Shown piece after piece: positions 37,539-46,900 of a stretch of DNA of 64,000 nt. The notes under the pieces are model-generated. The model saw only the letters and a list, made by a program, of their open reading frames with translations, had not been told where the DNA came from and searched no databases. Source of the stretch: Nitrospirota bacterium (GTDB lineage Bacteria > Nitrospirota > UBA9217); assembly GCA_963845065.1 (NCBI GenBank), contig CAWJQQ010000009.1, positions 928,001 through 992,000 on the forward strand. The letters are read 5' to 3'. A program made the translations under genes and the position numbers. Numbering within the stretch: position 1 is the stretch's first letter; each line of letters starts with the position of its first letter.

Positions 37539-38888
37539 ATGTTTAGTCTCTTTCTGTTACTGATAGGGGATGCGTTTCTCGCCGTTGCAGGAGTCTACTT
37601 AGGTTACCTGCTGCGATTCGGAGAGGGAGATCCCGCCTCGCTTATAGATCTGCCGCATATGGCAGCATTTATAGGGGTTACCCTCTTTTTCTCATATCTC
37701 TTTGAGCTCTACAACAGCGCGAGGCAGATAAAAAAGCGGGAAATCCTGCTCAGATCACTGGTCGCGGTCGGGGTGTCCTTCATGACGCTCACGTCTGTTT
37801 ATTACATGATGCCTGCGGTCCAGTTCGGCCGTGGCATATTTGCTATTTCTCTCGCTTTTTTCTGGGCGCTCCAGTTTCTGTGGCATCTGTGTTTTTCGGC
37901 ATTGCATAATTCTTCACAGCTCGCCCGAAGGGTTCTTGTTCTGGGGACCGGTCCTCTGGCAAAAAAGGTTGGGGATCTTATAGAATCCACAAACCATCAG
38001 CATGTCCTCAAAGGGTATGTGGACCTCACGGGTGAACCGATCACGGTCCCCGAGTATGCCATCGTGGGGAAGGGGAGCAGCCTTTTTGAGACAATCCGCT
38101 TTCAAAAGGCGCACAAGCTCGTCATATCGCTGTCCGAACGGAGAGGCGTTTTGCCGCTGCAGGTCATTCTGGCGTGCAAATTCAGTGGCATCGAAGTGAT
38201 TGACGCCCCGTCGTTCTACGAAGAATTGACCGGGAAACTGCTTATTGAAAATATCAATCCCAGCTCGTTCTTTTTTTCGGATGGCTTCCGGATTACCGAC
38301 ACCAAGATGGTTTTCAAAAGGATAGCCGACGTTCTATTCTCGCTTGCCGGGATTCTGATCACTATGCCTCTCTTCCCCCTTATAGCGGTCATGATCAAGC
38401 TGGATTCCCGCGGTCCAGTTTTTTTTCGTCAGCAGCGTGTCGGTGAGATGGAGAAGAACTTCTTGCTTTACAAGTTCAGGACCATGCGTGAGGACGCGGA
38501 ACAAAGCAGTGGAGCAGTGTGGGCGGAAAAGAATGATCCTCGGGTCACAAACATTGGCAAGTTCCTGAGAAAAACGAGGATCGATGAGCTTCCGCAATTC
38601 TACAACGTCCTCCGGGGGGACATGAGCTTTATCGGACCACGTCCGGAGCGTCCGGAATTTGTGAATAAGCTTAAGGAAATCATCCCGTACTATCAGGAGC
38701 GGCATTTCGTAAAGCCCGGCCTGACTGGCTGGGCACAGATCAAGTACGCCTACGGAGCCTCGACGGAGGACGCCGTTGAGAAACTGCGGTACGATCTTTA
38801 CTATATAAAGCACCTTTCGCTCTTTCTCGACATGCTGGTCATGCTTGAAACGGTCAAGGTCATGCTGTTCGGCAGGGGGGCACGGTAG
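37539..38888 (+). CDS. Priming glycosyl-phosphate transferase (WcaJ/EpsB type)
   Basis: N-terminal TMs, KFRTM, DPRVT, RIDELPQ, GPRPERP, KPGLTGWAQ. Confidence 0.96.
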   Translation: MFSLFLLLIGDAFLAVAGVYLGYLLRFGEGDPASLIDLPHMAAFIGVTLFFSYLFELYNSARQIKKREILLRSLVAVGVSFMTLTSVYYMMPAVQFGRGIFAISLAFFWALQFLWHLCFSALHNSSQLARRVLVLGTGPLAKKVGDLIESTNHQHVLKGYVDLTGEPITVPEYAIVGKGSSLFETIRFQKAHKLVISLSERRGVLPLQVILACKFSGIEVIDAPSFYEELTGKLLIENINPSSFFFSDGFRITDTKMVFKRIADVLFSLAGILITMPLFPLIAVMIKLDSRGPVFFRQQRVGEMEKNFLLYKFRTMREDAEQSSGAVWAEKNDPRVTNIGKFLRKTRIDELPQFYNVLRGDMSFIGPRPERPEFVNKLKEIIPYYQERHFVKPGLTGWAQIKYAYGASTEDAVEKLRYDLYYIKHLSLFLDMLVMLETVKVMLFGRGAR

Positions 38889-38896
38889 GAGGAGTA

Positions 38897-39766
38897 ATGC
38901 GGAAGATACTGTGGTGTTTCGGAACACTGTTGTTAGTAATCACGATGATCTCAAGGGCGTCGGCAGAAGGATACGTCATCGGAGCAGAAGACGTTATCCA
39001 GATTTCTGTATGGGGGAATGCCGAACTCAGCGTTACGGTGCCGGTGCGGCCCGACGGGATGCTCTCCATGCCTCTTGTGGGTGATATAAAGGCGGCTGGC
39101 CTGACTCCCCTGGAACTGAAAAAGAACCTAGAAAAAGAACTTATACGCTTTGTGAAGGCTCCGGTCGTCAGCGTGATCGTTACTGCAATTAACAGCTTCA
39201 AGGTCTTTGTCTTTGGTGACGGCGCGTCGAAGGTCCTATTTGCCTCAGGAAGTGCCGCGGGAGGCACTACCACGCAGGGCGGCACATCGAAATCAGGGGA
39301 AATCACCCTAAGAAGACATACAACACTTCTTCAACTTCTTGCGCAGCTCGGGTCTCTCAGTGAGATTGATCTCGCTCATGCCTATTTGCTGAGAGACGGG
39401 ACGAAACTTCCTGTCAATTTTGAACAATTGATGAAAAACGGCGATTATTCCCAGGACGTTGCACTTCAAGCGGATGATGTCATTTACTTGCCGGGCGGCT
39501 ATAGCAATCGCATCCGGGTTACCGGCGCAGTCAGAACGCCAGGCAGCATTCCGTATGCAGAGGGCATGACAGCGCTCGATGCCGTACTAGCCGCGGGTGG
39601 ATTTACGGAATTTGCAAGTGAAAATGACGTACTGGTCGTACGAAAAGTGGGAAACGATGCCACGAAAATCAATGTCAAGCTGAAAGACGTCATGAACGGC
39701 AATAACACAAAGAACGTACTTTTAAAACCCGGCGATATCGTCACGGTAAAAACCGGCCTTTTCTAG
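38897..39766 (+). CDS. wza: Polysaccharide export protein (Wza-like; Poly_export + SLBB)
   Basis: YVIGAEDVIQISVW, VRPDGMLSMPLVG, GAVRTPG, LKPGDIV. Confidence 0.9.
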   Translation: MRKILWCFGTLLLVITMISRASAEGYVIGAEDVIQISVWGNAELSVTVPVRPDGMLSMPLVGDIKAAGLTPLELKKNLEKELIRFVKAPVVSVIVTAINSFKVFVFGDGASKVLFASGSAAGGTTTQGGTSKSGEITLRRHTTLLQLLAQLGSLSEIDLAHAYLLRDGTKLPVNFEQLMKNGDYSQDVALQADDVIYLPGGYSNRIRVTGAVRTPGSIPYAEGMTALDAVLAAGGFTEFASENDVLVVRKVGNDATKINVKLKDVMNGNNTKNVLLKPGDIVTVKTGLF

Positions 39767-39776
39767 GGAGATTAGC

Positions 39777-41342
39777 ATGCAGGAGAACAACCAAGCCAAC
39801 TTTGAAATCAAGCGGTACCTCGGATTGATTCATAGGAGAAGATATATCGTGCTGGCCGTGGCACTCGGAGTGCTTTCTCTCTTTACCTGGGGAAGCTACC
39901 TGATACCCAAGACCTATGAGGCAAGCTGTACCGTAGCCATTGAAAACGCAGGTATTGTCAAACCGCTCATACAAGGCACGGGGGTCTCCGTTTCCACGGT
40001 AGAAAGGCAGAGGAATATTCGCAACAGAGTTACCAGCAGGAGCCTCATAGAACAGGTTATTAAGAAACTCAACTTGGACGCCGGCTTCAAATATCCTAGC
40101 CAGGACGATGACCTGGCGGCATCCATGCAAAAAAGCATCTCAGTGACCATGCAAAGCTTTGGAGAGCGCGAAAGCGATCTGTTTACGGTCGCTTTCCGGG
40201 GAAGCGATCCTAAAAAAGTACAAAATATTACTGATACGATTGTACAGGAATTCATCAACAACAGCGTTGAATATCAGCGTTCCGACGCTGTGGGCGCCTA
40301 CGAGTTCATCCGGGACCAGATCACGGAGTATAAGGATAAACTGGCGGAATCAGATAAGGATATCCGTGAGTTTCGAGAGAGACATCCCCAGATGATCCCA
40401 GAGAATGAAAACACGATCGTCGGAAGATTGGAAAACTTTCAATCGGCAATAAGCGATGCGGAAATCACGAAGAAGGAGCTGCTTCGGAAACGGGAGAGTC
40501 TGAAGCAGCAGCTCTCCGGCGAAAAAGAACTGACCGTCGCGTTTGTATCGAATGAGGGTTCACCGGAAGCGCGGTTGACTTTCCTTAACAGCCAGCTCAT
40601 GGACCTGATGACCAAGTACACGGAAAGTTATCCTGAGGTAATCAAGGTAAAAACTGAAATAGATGAATTGCAAAAACAAATTGCAGAGGCAAAAACCTCG
40701 GGGAAAAGTGCCGAAGCCCGCGGTGAGATGAAGGCAATGAACCCCGTATACCGGCAAATCAAGGAAGATCTGCAGAAGACCGACACGGACCTTGAATCCG
40801 TGAAGGCGAGGCTGGAAGAGCTTTCTCTACAGCAGAATGCAAGTCGACAGGTTCTCGGAAAGATGCCGAAAGAACAGGAAGAATGGTCAAAGCTTCAGCG
40901 GGACAAAAATGTTACACAGAAGGTTTACGATGACCTCTTGCAGAAGCTTGAAAACGCACGGGTGTCGAAGAACCTGGAACTTGCAGACAAAAGCACAAAC
41001 TACCGCGTGGTCGATGCTCCGCTTCTTCCGCGCGTTCCCATCGAGCCCAATAGGATTCTCCTGATCCTTGCCGGCCTTTTTGCCGGAATAGTATCTGGCG
41101 TTGGCACCGCCGTCGGAATCGATTATTTAAACAATTCCTTCAAGGATGAGGATTCCCTCCGGAAAGCATTGAATCTTCCGGTTCTTGCGGCCGTTCCCAC
41201 CGTCGTCATTGAGTCCGACGTCCTGAACGAGAAGATAATGGATAAAAAAGTGTTTACTGCGGCAGCAGCTTATATTTCTCTTATCGGCGTAGTGCTGATC
41301 GGTGAAATACTCTATCGTATGGGCATAGTAGGCAGTCATTAG
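39777..41342 (+). CDS. Polysaccharide co-polymerase / chain-length determinant (Wzc N-terminal module)
   Basis: Two TMs flanking coiled coils, PKTYEAS, YRVVDAPLLP. Confidence 0.92.
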   Translation: MQENNQANFEIKRYLGLIHRRRYIVLAVALGVLSLFTWGSYLIPKTYEASCTVAIENAGIVKPLIQGTGVSVSTVERQRNIRNRVTSRSLIEQVIKKLNLDAGFKYPSQDDDLAASMQKSISVTMQSFGERESDLFTVAFRGSDPKKVQNITDTIVQEFINNSVEYQRSDAVGAYEFIRDQITEYKDKLAESDKDIREFRERHPQMIPENENTIVGRLENFQSAISDAEITKKELLRKRESLKQQLSGEKELTVAFVSNEGSPEARLTFLNSQLMDLMTKYTESYPEVIKVKTEIDELQKQIAEAKTSGKSAEARGEMKAMNPVYRQIKEDLQKTDTDLESVKARLEELSLQQNASRQVLGKMPKEQEEWSKLQRDKNVTQKVYDDLLQKLENARVSKNLELADKSTNYRVVDAPLLPRVPIEPNRILLILAGLFAGIVSGVGTAVGIDYLNNSFKDEDSLRKALNLPVLAAVPTVVIESDVLNEKIMDKKVFTAAAAYISLIGVVLIGEILYRMGIVGSH

Positions 41343-41359
41343 ATCATTGGAGAAATTAC

Positions 41360-42613
41360 ATGAGCAGAATAGAGCGAGCACTTGAAAAGGCATTAAATAT
41401 AAGGCGGCCCATGACGGATCCCGGGCGTTCCAGCATCGGACTCACTACTTATAGCAAGTGCGACCCGTCAGTCTTCGATGTCGGCGAGGCGGCGATAGAC
41501 CCTGCTACTGTGAACCGGCATCTTGTCAGCATAACAGACCCATACTCCACTGCAGCCGAAGAATATCGGAAACTCCGCGCAAAGGTTCTTCGGGCCACGG
41601 AGGCAAACTATCTTAACACGATCATGGTGACAAGCAGCCATTCCGGCGAGGGGAAGAGCATGACCGCGATCAATCTCGCCGTTACCATCGCCCAGGAGAT
41701 CGATCATACCGTGCTTCTTGTTGATGCCGATCTGAGAAGATCGAGCGTCCACGCCTATCTCGGCATAAAACCTGAGGCGGGACTGAGCGATTATCTGGAA
41801 TCCCACGCAGAGCTGTCTGATATCTTAATCAAGACGGGGATCGGAAAGCTTGTCCTCTTGCCTGCAGGGAATCCACCAAGGAACCCGTCGGAACTCATTT
41901 CCTCGGAACGGATGAGAGTCCTGATCAGAGAGCTCAAATTCCGGTACCGTGACCGTTACATCATCATCGACTCATCGCCGCTTCTCCTTACTGCAGACGC
42001 CCTGTCGCTCTGCGAATATACGGATGGCATCATCTTCGTCGTCCAGGCGGACCGCACGACAATGAAAGCGGCAACACAGGCCGTTGCCCTTTTAAAAGGG
42101 CATAACGTTCTCGGCACGGTATTCAATGATGTGCCAAAACACCTCGCAAAAAACCTCTACCCCTACTATTACAACTCTAAATATGGCGAGAACGTGAAAA
42201 CAGTCGACGCTGTCGTGGACAGTACGGCAGAGGGATCTGACATGGCGACCGTGAGCGCTGCGGAGGCTGCCCAGGGCGATGCAGACGTCACGGAAAATAA
42301 GTCAGTCAGCATAGAAACCGGATCTAACGTGGCGACAATAGACACAGCGGAGGCCGCCGAGGTTGGTGCAGAGGTCACGGAAAATAAGCCAGCCGTTACG
42401 GATGACGGATCTGGCGCGGCGACCAAGGACATAGCAGAGGCCACCGAGGTTGGTGCGGAGGTCACGGAAAATCAGTCAGCCAGGATAGATGACGGATCTG
42501 GCGTCGCGACCAAGGACATAGCAGAGGCCGCCGAGGTTGGTGCGAACGTCGCGGAAAATAAGTCAGCTGGAACGGATAACGGAAATAATGCCCCGACCAC
42601 AGAGAATGCGTAA
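41360..42613 (+). CDS. BY-kinase (tyrosine autokinase) with acidic repeat tail
   Basis: MSRIERAL, EEYRKLR, GEGKS, VDADLRR, IIDSSP, Tyr cluster YPYYYNSKY. Confidence 0.94.
   Translation: MSRIERALEKALNIRRPMTDPGRSSIGLTTYSKCDPSVFDVGEAAIDPATVNRHLVSITDPYSTAAEEYRKLRAKVLRATEANYLNTIMVTSSHSGEGKSMTAINLAVTIAQEIDHTVLLVDADLRRSSVHAYLGIKPEAGLSDYLESHAELSDILIKTGIGKLVLLPAGNPPRNPSELISSERMRVLIRELKFRYRDRYIIIDSSPLLLTADALSLCEYTDGIIFVVQADRTTMKAATQAVALLKGHNVLGTVFNDVPKHLAKNLYPYYYNSKYGENVKTVDAVVDSTAEGSDMATVSAAEAAQGDADVTENKSVSIETGSNVATIDTAEAAEVGAEVTENKPAVTDDGSGAATKDIAEATEVGAEVTENQSARIDDGSGVATKDIAEAAEVGANVAENKSAGTDNGNNAPTTENA
42233..42580 (+). repeat. Four in-frame tandem 87-bp (29-aa) repeats
   Basis: GGATCT...GCGAC...GAGG...GTC[A/G]CGGAAAAT units at 42233, 42320, 42407 and 42494. 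Confidence 0.95.
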
Positions 42614-43874
42614 TTCCAGAATCGTCATCACCCTGCACTGTGCGCTCCTCTGCTTCCTCACGGGACTGGCTGCCCTGTTCGCGCTTTGCCCTGATGATGC
42701 GGCGGCCGCGCAGTTTGACTTCCGGCCGTCTATCATGGTAGGCGAGGAGTTCAACGATAATATCTTTCTGACACCAACCGCCAAACAATATGATTTTATA
42801 ACGAGCGTAGTTCCGGCTTTTACTCTCACTCATGATACATCGTTCTGGACTTGGCACATAGACTATGCTTACGACTATTACTACTACGCCAGAGATACAG
42901 TGACAAACGACTCGACATTCACCGCTAATGTTATGGAACATACCAATCTGATTGATAATTTATTTTTTCTTGATATGACAGACATGTATCAAAGGGTTGC
43001 AGTCAATGTTGCGCAAAATTATATAGCCCAGGAAAGCCTGTTCGTAGATCAAACTGACGAGGATATCTTCACCGTGAACCCCTATCTGAATCTGATCTCC
43101 GGACCTTCACATACGGTACAGTTGGGGTATCAGTTTGCGAACACCTGGTATAAGAATCCTATATACATCGACACGGTCAACAATGTTGGTTATCTCGTTA
43201 TGGGCACGCCTCTTTCATCTAATCTGTCGATTACGGGAGGCATACAATACACGCGGGGCCTCAACAGCGTGGAAGGTTATTTTATGTCGGACATCTACAC
43301 CGGTGCCGTCTATACCTATGCACCAGGCTCTTCCAGTTTTTGCTATCTCGGGGAAACCTGGTTGAAGTTCGCGGGCTACACGAATATACAACATCTTCTT
43401 TGGGACCTCGGTTTCATCCAGCACTACTCTACCATGACACTCAAGGTTGAGACCAAAACGAGCTATGTTCCTGATCCTACTTTTGTCCTAAGAAGATTGG
43501 ACCAGCTTGAGGTCACCCTTACGAGGGAGCCATCGTCGAGGACCTCCCTCAGTGGTGTGTTGGGCTGGTACCAGTACCTAAACGCAGCGCAGGACCACCT
43601 TGAGACGAATGAGTACGCCATAACTGGCCAGTTACGTCATGTAATCACGCCCCGATGGACATTTTCGGGTGCAATAAGTAATACGATTTATCAGGATTTT
43701 GTGGTTGATGCGGATACGTATATTTATCAAATCATGGCAGGTTTTGAACATAGTCTCAAGGCGAATCTCACTCTTGCATTGAACTACATATATGACTATT
43801 CCTATTCACCGGATATCTACACAAATAACAGCAGGGTTAACAGATTTCAGGTGCAGCTTACTGAACGTTTTTGA
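42606..43874 (+). CDS. Outer-membrane beta-barrel protein of PEP-CTERM/EPS loci
   Basis: Signal peptide AAA|Q, PSIMVGEEFNDNIFL, Tyr-rich strands, terminal F. Confidence 0.85.
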   Translation: MRNSRIVITLHCALLCFLTGLAALFALCPDDAAAAQFDFRPSIMVGEEFNDNIFLTPTAKQYDFITSVVPAFTLTHDTSFWTWHIDYAYDYYYYARDTVTNDSTFTANVMEHTNLIDNLFFLDMTDMYQRVAVNVAQNYIAQESLFVDQTDEDIFTVNPYLNLISGPSHTVQLGYQFANTWYKNPIYIDTVNNVGYLVMGTPLSSNLSITGGIQYTRGLNSVEGYFMSDIYTGAVYTYAPGSSSFCYLGETWLKFAGYTNIQHLLWDLGFIQHYSTMTLKVETKTSYVPDPTFVLRRLDQLEVTLTREPSSRTSLSGVLGWYQYLNAAQDHLETNEYAITGQLRHVITPRWTFSGAISNTIYQDFVVDADTYIYQIMAGFEHSLKANLTLALNYIYDYSYSPDIYTNNSRVNRFQVQLTERF

Positions 43875-43953
43875 TATGAGGCGGGAGCTATCTCGTCGTG
43901 ACTAAAAGCGCGGGTATCAGTTGTTGCCCGGCACTGGCTTAAGGAAAATACTT

Positions 43954-46900
43954 ATGAAAAAACAGCCTGTCATGCTATTGCTCTTACTCTTTTCGGTGGC
44001 ATTGGTGCTTTTGACATGCGGTCGCGAGGGCCCTCTGCCTCCTGTCAATATAACACCGCCAAACATCAAATTCTCGATTCCCATCGATGGAACCGGGAAT
44101 ACCGGGATTAATGGGTTTCCGATCGATGGTTCGATCATGATAACGTTCACCGTAGATATGGACCCCTCTACCATCAACAACCAGACCATTACTGTCATTG
44201 GCGCAGGGGGGATAGGCCCAATCGCTGGATCCGTCGTGTACACTAACGGTTCCGCCATCTTCACGCCGGCGCAGAATTTTGTTCAGAATGCCAACTATAC
44301 GGTTACGATCAGCGGCAGCGTGAAAGATATCTATGAGGTCACAATGGGGAGCCCTGTCACCATTAATTTCACCACGCAAGCCCTTCCTGACGCGGCACCG
44401 CCAAGTGTCGTATCCACATCTCCTTCAGCAGGAAGTACTGGTGTGCCGGTAAGCAGCGGTATCAGCATAGCGTTCAGCAAGCCGATAAATTCAAGTACGC
44501 TGGTATTTCAGCTCGTCAGTCAACTCTCGGGGACTGTACCCGGCGGCACCTTGACTTACAACGGAACGACCGCCATCATCACGCCCCAGTTTTCGCCGCC
44601 GGCAGTCACTATGGATGGCAATACGCAGTATACGGCTACGGTGAAGGCCGGGCTACAGGACCTCGTAGGGAATCAATTGATCAGCGATTATGTCTGGACG
44701 TTCAGCACAGGCACAGGAGCGGATACGTTACCTCCGATCGTGACGGCGGCGACACCTACGGCGGGGTCGACGGATGTATCTGTAACTACCTACCTCAATG
44801 TTACATTCAATAAACCCGTGAATCCGGCAACAGCATATATCACGCTCTTCAGCATGGCTAGCGTGACGCCCGTCATTGTTCCATTTTATATTGAAGACAA
44901 TTACGACTATACCACGAATATACTCTCCTACAAGCCGACGGTTCCAAACTCTCTGTCATACAACACGCCTTATACGGCTCGGGTCGACGGAGTTATAGAC
45001 CTGTCAGGTAATGTGATGCCGGAATATACCTGGTCTTTTACGACCGGGAAAGATGGTTCGTCTACAACCATCTCTGCAGACAACAACCCATCGCAATATG
45101 GGAGTATGGTCACGTTTGTGTCCACGGTTACCAGCTCTGATTCGGGTACGACAGCCACGCCGACGGGTACGGTAACGTTCAAGGACGGCACAACGGCCCT
45201 TCCGGCCGGCACGGTGGCGCTTGCCGGCAACTCGGCAACGTACGCCATATCTAATTTGGCTCTCGGAGTGCATATTATATCGGCCACCTACAATGGTGAC
45301 TCTATTTTCTCGACATCAACTTCGACATATACGCAGACCGTGGGTCAGGGAACTACGACGACGACGATCAACGCACCTGGTGTGACCTTCGGCTCAAACG
45401 GTGTCGTGACGGTGCTAGTCAGCTGTGTATCAGGGACGCCTATTGGAAACGTGGCATTGAGTGTAGATGGCGGCGCGGCAACAACCCAGGCGCTCTCCAA
45501 CGGGTCGGCAGTCTTTACGATAACCAAGCCGAGCGTGGGCAGCCATACGCTTTCCGCAACGTATGCGGCCCAGGGCAACTTCCAGGGGAGCGCAAATACC
45601 GGCACTCTTACCGTGGGCCAGGGGGCGACGACGACGACGATCAGCGCGCCAACTGTAACCTATGGAGCAAACGGTGTCGTGACTGTGACCGTCATCTCGA
45701 CGTCGGGGACGCCTACCGGAAGCGTATCGTTGACCTGGGACACTACTGGGTCGTCAACGTTGGCACTAAACTCAAGCGGGTCCGCAACCTTTACGATTAC
45801 CACTCCGAATGCCGGCAGCCATGCGCTTAGCGCATCTTATGCAGCGCAGGGCAGCTTCCTGGCTAGTACGGCATCAGGCAACCTGACAGTAAATCAGGCG
45901 CCGACGACGATGGTGCTCAGCGCACCATCAATAACAGCTGGTGCAAATGGCATTGTAACCGTCACGGTGAGTGCGGGGAATAACTTCACGTCTCCCGTTG
46001 TCGGCAATGTATCGCTGGTCGTGGATGGCGGAGCCGCCATCCTGGGAGCCCTCAGTCCCGGAGGCACTTTAGGAAGCGCTATCGCAACATTTACGATTAC
46101 TGCGCCAACCGCTGTCAGTCACATCTTGAGCGCAACGTATCCCAATGACCCGACAAGCAATTTCGGATCGAGTTCGGCTTCTGGCACTCTTGGCGTAGGT
46201 GCCGGGGCAACAACAATTACGATCAGCGCTCCTACTATAACCTACGGCGCACCCGGCGTAGTGACTGTGCAGCTCAGCTCGCTGTCGTCGGGGATACCCA
46301 CCGGAAGCGTGTCATTAAGTTATACATTTAGTGGTGCGACTACGACGCTGACTCAAACGTTATTGAACGGATCCACGGCGTTTACGATTCCAAGCCCTGT
46401 CGTAGGCGTCTACAGCCTGGTTGTCACATACCCAACGCAAGGCAACTTCGTGGGTAGTTCGAAGTCTGGTAATCTGACAGTAACGCAGGCTACGACAACG
46501 ACAGGTGTCTCGTCATCATCCAACCCATCAGCATTCGGCAATTCAGTCACGTTCACAGCTACGGTGACCCCGGCTACGGCCACCGGGACAATGACGTTCA
46601 GGGATGGAGCTACGGTCCTCGGTACAGGCACCATATCCAGCGGTGTTGCAACATATAGTACAACAACGCTTGCTGTTGCTACCCATTCCATAACGGCTGT
46701 TTATAGCGGTAATACAAATTTCATTACCTCTACGTCATCAGCTCTTTCACAGACTGTGAACAAGGCGACCACAACTACCACACTTACGTCGTCTACCGGG
46801 GGGCAGTCCATAACTCCCGGCACATTGGTTACATTCACAGCAACGGTCAACCCGGCAGCTGCAACGGGAACGGTAAGTTTCTATGATAATGGTACTCTTA

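Noticed and set aside
42233..42580. Regularly spaced repeats as a CRISPR array
   Set aside because: In-frame 87-bp coding tandem repeats with no unique spacers; no cas genes in the window
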